Assembly (NCBI RefSeq): GCF_009914755.1
Contig: NC_060932.1
DNA length: 64,000 nucleotides
From: the human T2T-CHM13v2.0 reference genome, Homo sapiens
Reading direction: 5' to 3' (one strand)
Shown here: piece by piece, positions 59,743 to 64,000 of the stretch
Position numbering within the stretch: position 1 is the first letter of the stretch
Layout: each line of letters opens with the position of its first letter
The notes under the pieces: generated by a model
What the model saw: the letters and a program-made list of their open reading frames with translations, nothing else
The model's database searches: none
Told to the model about the DNA's origin: nothing
Program-made: the position numbers and the translations under genes

Positions 59743-60048
59743 ATATTATTATTATTATTATTTTTAGAGACAGTGTCTCACTCTGTTGCCCAGACTGGAG
59801 TGCAGTGGCACAATCATAGCTCACTGCAGCCTCTGATTCCTAAACTCAAGCAATCCTCCAGCCTCAGCCTCCTGAGGAGCGGGGTCTATAGGTATGTACC
59901 ACCATGCCTGGCTAATTAAAAAAATAAAATTGTAGACACAGGGTCTCACTATCTTGTCCAAGCTGGTTTTGAACTCCTGGCCTTAAGTGTTCCTCTTGCC
60001 AGCATCCCAAAGTTCCGGGTTTACAGGTGTGAGCCACTGCACCCACTC
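59743..60048 (-). mobile_element. AluJ
   Basis: (TTA)n tail, antisense dimer. Confidence 0.92.
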
Positions 60049-63000
60049 ACCCAGAACAGCAGTCATCCCTGGCCCCGGACCCAGCAATGGCTTCAATGCC
60101 CAAAAATAAGACACCATTTCTTATTCTCCAGACAACGTCTTTATATATTCAGTCTCTCAATTCTTAGGTATAAGCCTGTACAAAAGAAAGTTGATTCATA
60201 TAATTACCAATATACACTCTTAAAGCCCCTGAGAAGTATTGGGGGTGACTTCCACGCTGTGTCCAATAGATCAAAATGCATAGCGGAAAGTATATATTCA
60301 CCTACAAATGTACACACAGTGTAACAAAAGCATCAACTATCACTCTCAAAAAGTAAGACGATTTTATTGCTTTTTCTGTTTACTGGTTTGCTTTTATATT
60401 ATGCTCAATAAATTATAGAAAAATGATTTGATAAATAAATCATTGGTAGATCAAGGTTTTTCAAAACCCAGGAAACAGCAGAGAAAAAAGGTTTCCACGG
60501 GGACTTTGATAAAGAATGCAAACAGATGCTTCTTGCTCTGAAATCCAAACATCTTTCCCACTGTAAACTGTCCTTGCGGTTATTGGCAGCACCGGAGCTT
60601 GATTAAAGGGGATTGTGCACCTGACCAGAGTGGCAAGGACCATCTTGAGTCTGTACAACTACAACACTAGCTTGAGTGCAGTCATCTCTGTTTTTTTGCC
60701 ACTTTAAGCTAATTGTCAAGTGGCTGTGAACCCCATTGTCTCTGACCATTAGCATAAGACACTAAATGGCTATTATATGAAAGGATTCAGATCTGATTGC
60801 TGGATAATTTCAAGAAGTAAAAAACGAATTCTATTCTTTCTGCTAATAGATACTCTCCCAATGGGAAGCACGATTCCAGTAGCCATAGAGTTCGGAGGTT
60901 ACATAAAAGCTGGTGTAGGCCAACTCTCCCATGGCTTAATAAGTTTTTCTGAGAGGAATGTGCCTACGAAATTGGTATCCTCCTCCCTCCCTCCTGCGGC
61001 CTCCATCTGGTAAAATCCATTCATGCCCCCAAGCTCCAGCTCAAATGCCAACTCTTCAGGAGCACCTTCCCTGACCAGAGCCCCTTGGCATGATCCGCTT
61101 GCCTTTTGTCTCCATGTTTCTTTGTGCAGGATGTTAATAAACACTTATGCTGTGATATTATAGCTACTCTTTATACAATGTCAATCTCCCATACTACATT
61201 ATGAATTTCTTTAAGGCAACACTGCGTCTTATTTAGCTGTTTTGTCAGTGCCTGCATGTGATGCTTGGCAAGTCACAGTACGCCTCCTATCTACCACTTC
61301 ATTTAATGTTCACCATAGTCCAGTGAGGAAAGTAAAATATGATGATTATGGCCTGCCTGACTGAGAAAACTGGGCCTTCAAGAGATCAATTATTTGCCCA
61401 GGGTCCTAACGCTAAGGGCTAAAAAAAAACTAGACTCAGTCCCGGCTCTTAGCAGCTTGCAAAGTTTTCAAGACATCTTTTGCTTCCAATAAGCTCTAAA
61501 GGCTGCTTCAACAAGGCAGTAAAGACAGATCTGCAGTGTTCCAGATTAGTCTGTGTATGAACAGCTCATTTTGTGACACCAAGAGGCATGCTTAGAATTT
61601 GTTAAAAACACCAGCCTTGATGCTCACAACCTCTGCTCATAGGCAGTTCTCTTGCTCCCTCTTTTTATCCCCTGTGAAAAATACACAAGTGAAGGTTTTG
61701 TAAAGTTTCTTCAGTGATCATGTATTAATTTTTAACGAGAAAAGAAAACCGTCATCTACATGGCAGCAGAAAGAAAACAAGATCACAAGCACACGGATGG
61801 TGTGGGGTATAAATTCTACGCCTGCAGCCTCCTCTTAACTCAAAGGGCGAGGAATTTCTGTGTTTAATCCACAGTGTTTATTAGGAGGAGCCTCTGCAGC
61901 TGGTGGATATGAATATTCTACTCATTAGGAAAAGTAACCCCTGCTGGGAGGAAGGAATATTTATTTCATCAGCCTTTGCCTTGGCCTGGCTGAAATAAGC
62001 CCTTTGCTCTGACTTGACTCCCTCAAAGCGACTTTATAATTGTCACTTGTCTTCCCAAGCAAATGTTCCTTCAGAGGGAGGGATCAAGAAGCCTGGGTAT
62101 TTTTATTTGCAAAATATGCACACTCTTCATTATAAATTAACAAACAAGACATTCTGTTTTATACACCAGAGGAAAAATAAAGTATGTAGAAAGTGAAGTA
62201 TCTAATATTTCTGACAGATTTGCCCCTGAGGTCCTGTCTTCTTAATACTTCATCATGTTGTGGTCCTGCCTCCCCTTACCCAGCCTTGCTCTCTGCCCCA
62301 CAACCTCTGTGTATTCTCACTGTTTATGGTCCCAGTGCAATGTCATCAAAAACTCCTCCAATACTATATGGGCAAGTTCTGGCAGGAAAATAAAAAAACC
62401 TCGATATATATCATAGTACCTGTAATATTTAGTGAGAACTATTTCTACTCACTCAGCTTTTCTATGAATCTGGACTAGACTACAATTCCTACACCTGCAA
62501 AGTTCTCAGTACACAGAACAAATCATCTGAGGATATCACGTGGTACCAGATACTCACATTTTCTGACCGGAGCCTCTTGGCAGGACACCCTCCATCCCTG
62601 GGGTGAAGCATGTAATACAGTCGGACTTTGCTTGCATGTTTTCGACTCTGGGAAGGAAAAGCATAAGCAGATACTGTAAAAGATAAGCCATTTCAAACCC
62701 TTTGAAACCTAGCCAGTGCCCGCAAATGCAAAAAGAAATGTATTTTCAGTAGAAGACACTTCTGCATACTCCTGTGAGGGATGTAGGATGTAGTTTCAGA
62801 TAGGTTAAGTGGCTTGCCCCAAGTTCTAAAGCCAATGTAATTTCAGGATGAGAAAACACAGTAATGAAGAAGGTGAAGGCATTGAAATCATGTAGCCTAG
62901 GGTGGATAATATACTATATTTAATTTTCCTCAAAAATAAAAACAAATAAGCAAAGGAAATAACATAAGCATTAATTGTGATAAGAAGAGGCACAGTGATC

Positions 63001-63444
63001 TCTCTCACTACTGCTGCCCTGCCCTCAGGGTCTGGGGACAATGCCTCCTTGGGAGCCTGGTGCACCTCACCCCCAATAGAAGCCTTTTCTCATGGCTCTC
63101 CCACACACAGACTTCATTAATAAGCTATCAAAAGGGATGGGATTCTCTAAGGTCAGATATCATGAGCAAACTAAAGAGAATTGTATGTCAGTCTGCGGAC
63201 TGACCACAGCCTAAGCTACCTGCCAGCAGATGATGCAGTTGAGCAAATAAAGACTCATTTTCTTTGGAATTAGCAGGATTGTTGATTTCTGGCTATACTG
63301 ACTGGTCCATGCCCAGCATGGAGAAACTGATGTCTTCTTTGTTCCCTATTTCCTCTTCTTTGCTCAACTGAGAGTTTCATCCCGGATTCCCATCACGTTT
63401 AAAGAATACAGTCAGAACTTCAAGTTTCTACCTGAGGCAGGATG

Positions 63445-63655
63445 GCGGAGTGAAAAGAACACTAAGAGTCATCACACATTCAGAATCTGGGTTCCAGCTC
63501 TACCACTTCCTAGCTGTGTGATATTAGGCCAGTCTCTTATTGGAATGTGTTTATATCAGAATGAGTCACATTTTCTCCATGTACAAAATGAATACCACAA
63601 CATTTGCTAGGGTGTCATAAGAATCAAATGAGACATTGCATATGAAAAATTGCAA
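63445..63655 (+). mobile_element. MIR
   Basis: 'ctgggttccagctctaccacttcctagctgtgtg...tgtacaaaatg...gaatcaaatgaga' MIR core. Confidence 0.65.
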
Positions 63656-64000
63656 TCTGCATAATATTAAACATTTTTCACTGTTGACTGCATCACCTCT
63701 CGAATCTATTGTTCCCTAATTCCAATCCCCCTTCCCTTTCCTTTACTCAGAGGTTATTTCCTGCTTTTCCAGGCTTTTGTTCCACTATGACTTTATTTAC
63801 AGTTGCATCCTAGCCCATCTCCTGGATGGTGGTTTACTTTTATGAATCAGCCATGAAGGCAAAGTGATTTTCAGAGAACACATAGAAAGTTGCATCTTGT
63901 TTACAGGATAGATTGTAAATCCTTCCTGTCCATTTTCCTCATTCATCACTTTCTTAATTCCTATATTCTGTCTAGAGCAACAAAAGACCAAGCTTCTAGA

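Overview
This is primate (human or great-ape type) non-coding genomic DNA, either intronic or intergenic. I found no convincing protein-coding gene, RNA gene, NUMT or CRISPR array. The supplied ORFs are Alu/L1/microsatellite read-throughs or chance ORFs; the only recognisable protein sequence comes from dead L1 ORF2 fragments and a Tigger transposase remnant. The window holds about 26 Alu copies or fragments, one young L1PA2-like insertion, two L1PA8-like 3' ends, old L1M/L2/MIR debris, solo LTRs (THE1, MSTA, MLT2A, MLT1) and DNA transposon fossils (MER2, MER33, MER5A, MER58, MER20, MER30, MER82, Charlie-type). Repeat family names come from my recall of consensus sequences, not from a database search, and boundaries of old repeats are approximate. 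I cannot support a new biological system here. The most interesting signals are mechanistic scars: (1) a probable L1 3' transduction of about 220 bp sitting inside a split Charlie element; (2) a 570 bp copy of nearby DNA, flanked by direct repeats and lacking a poly(A) tail, inserted 1.75 kb downstream of its source; (3) a twin-priming L1 inversion with a flush breakpoint; (4) a fold-back junction at an Alu 5' end; (5) a CpG-rich 60 bp minisatellite; and (6) an isolated, gapless 71 bp ancient duplication.
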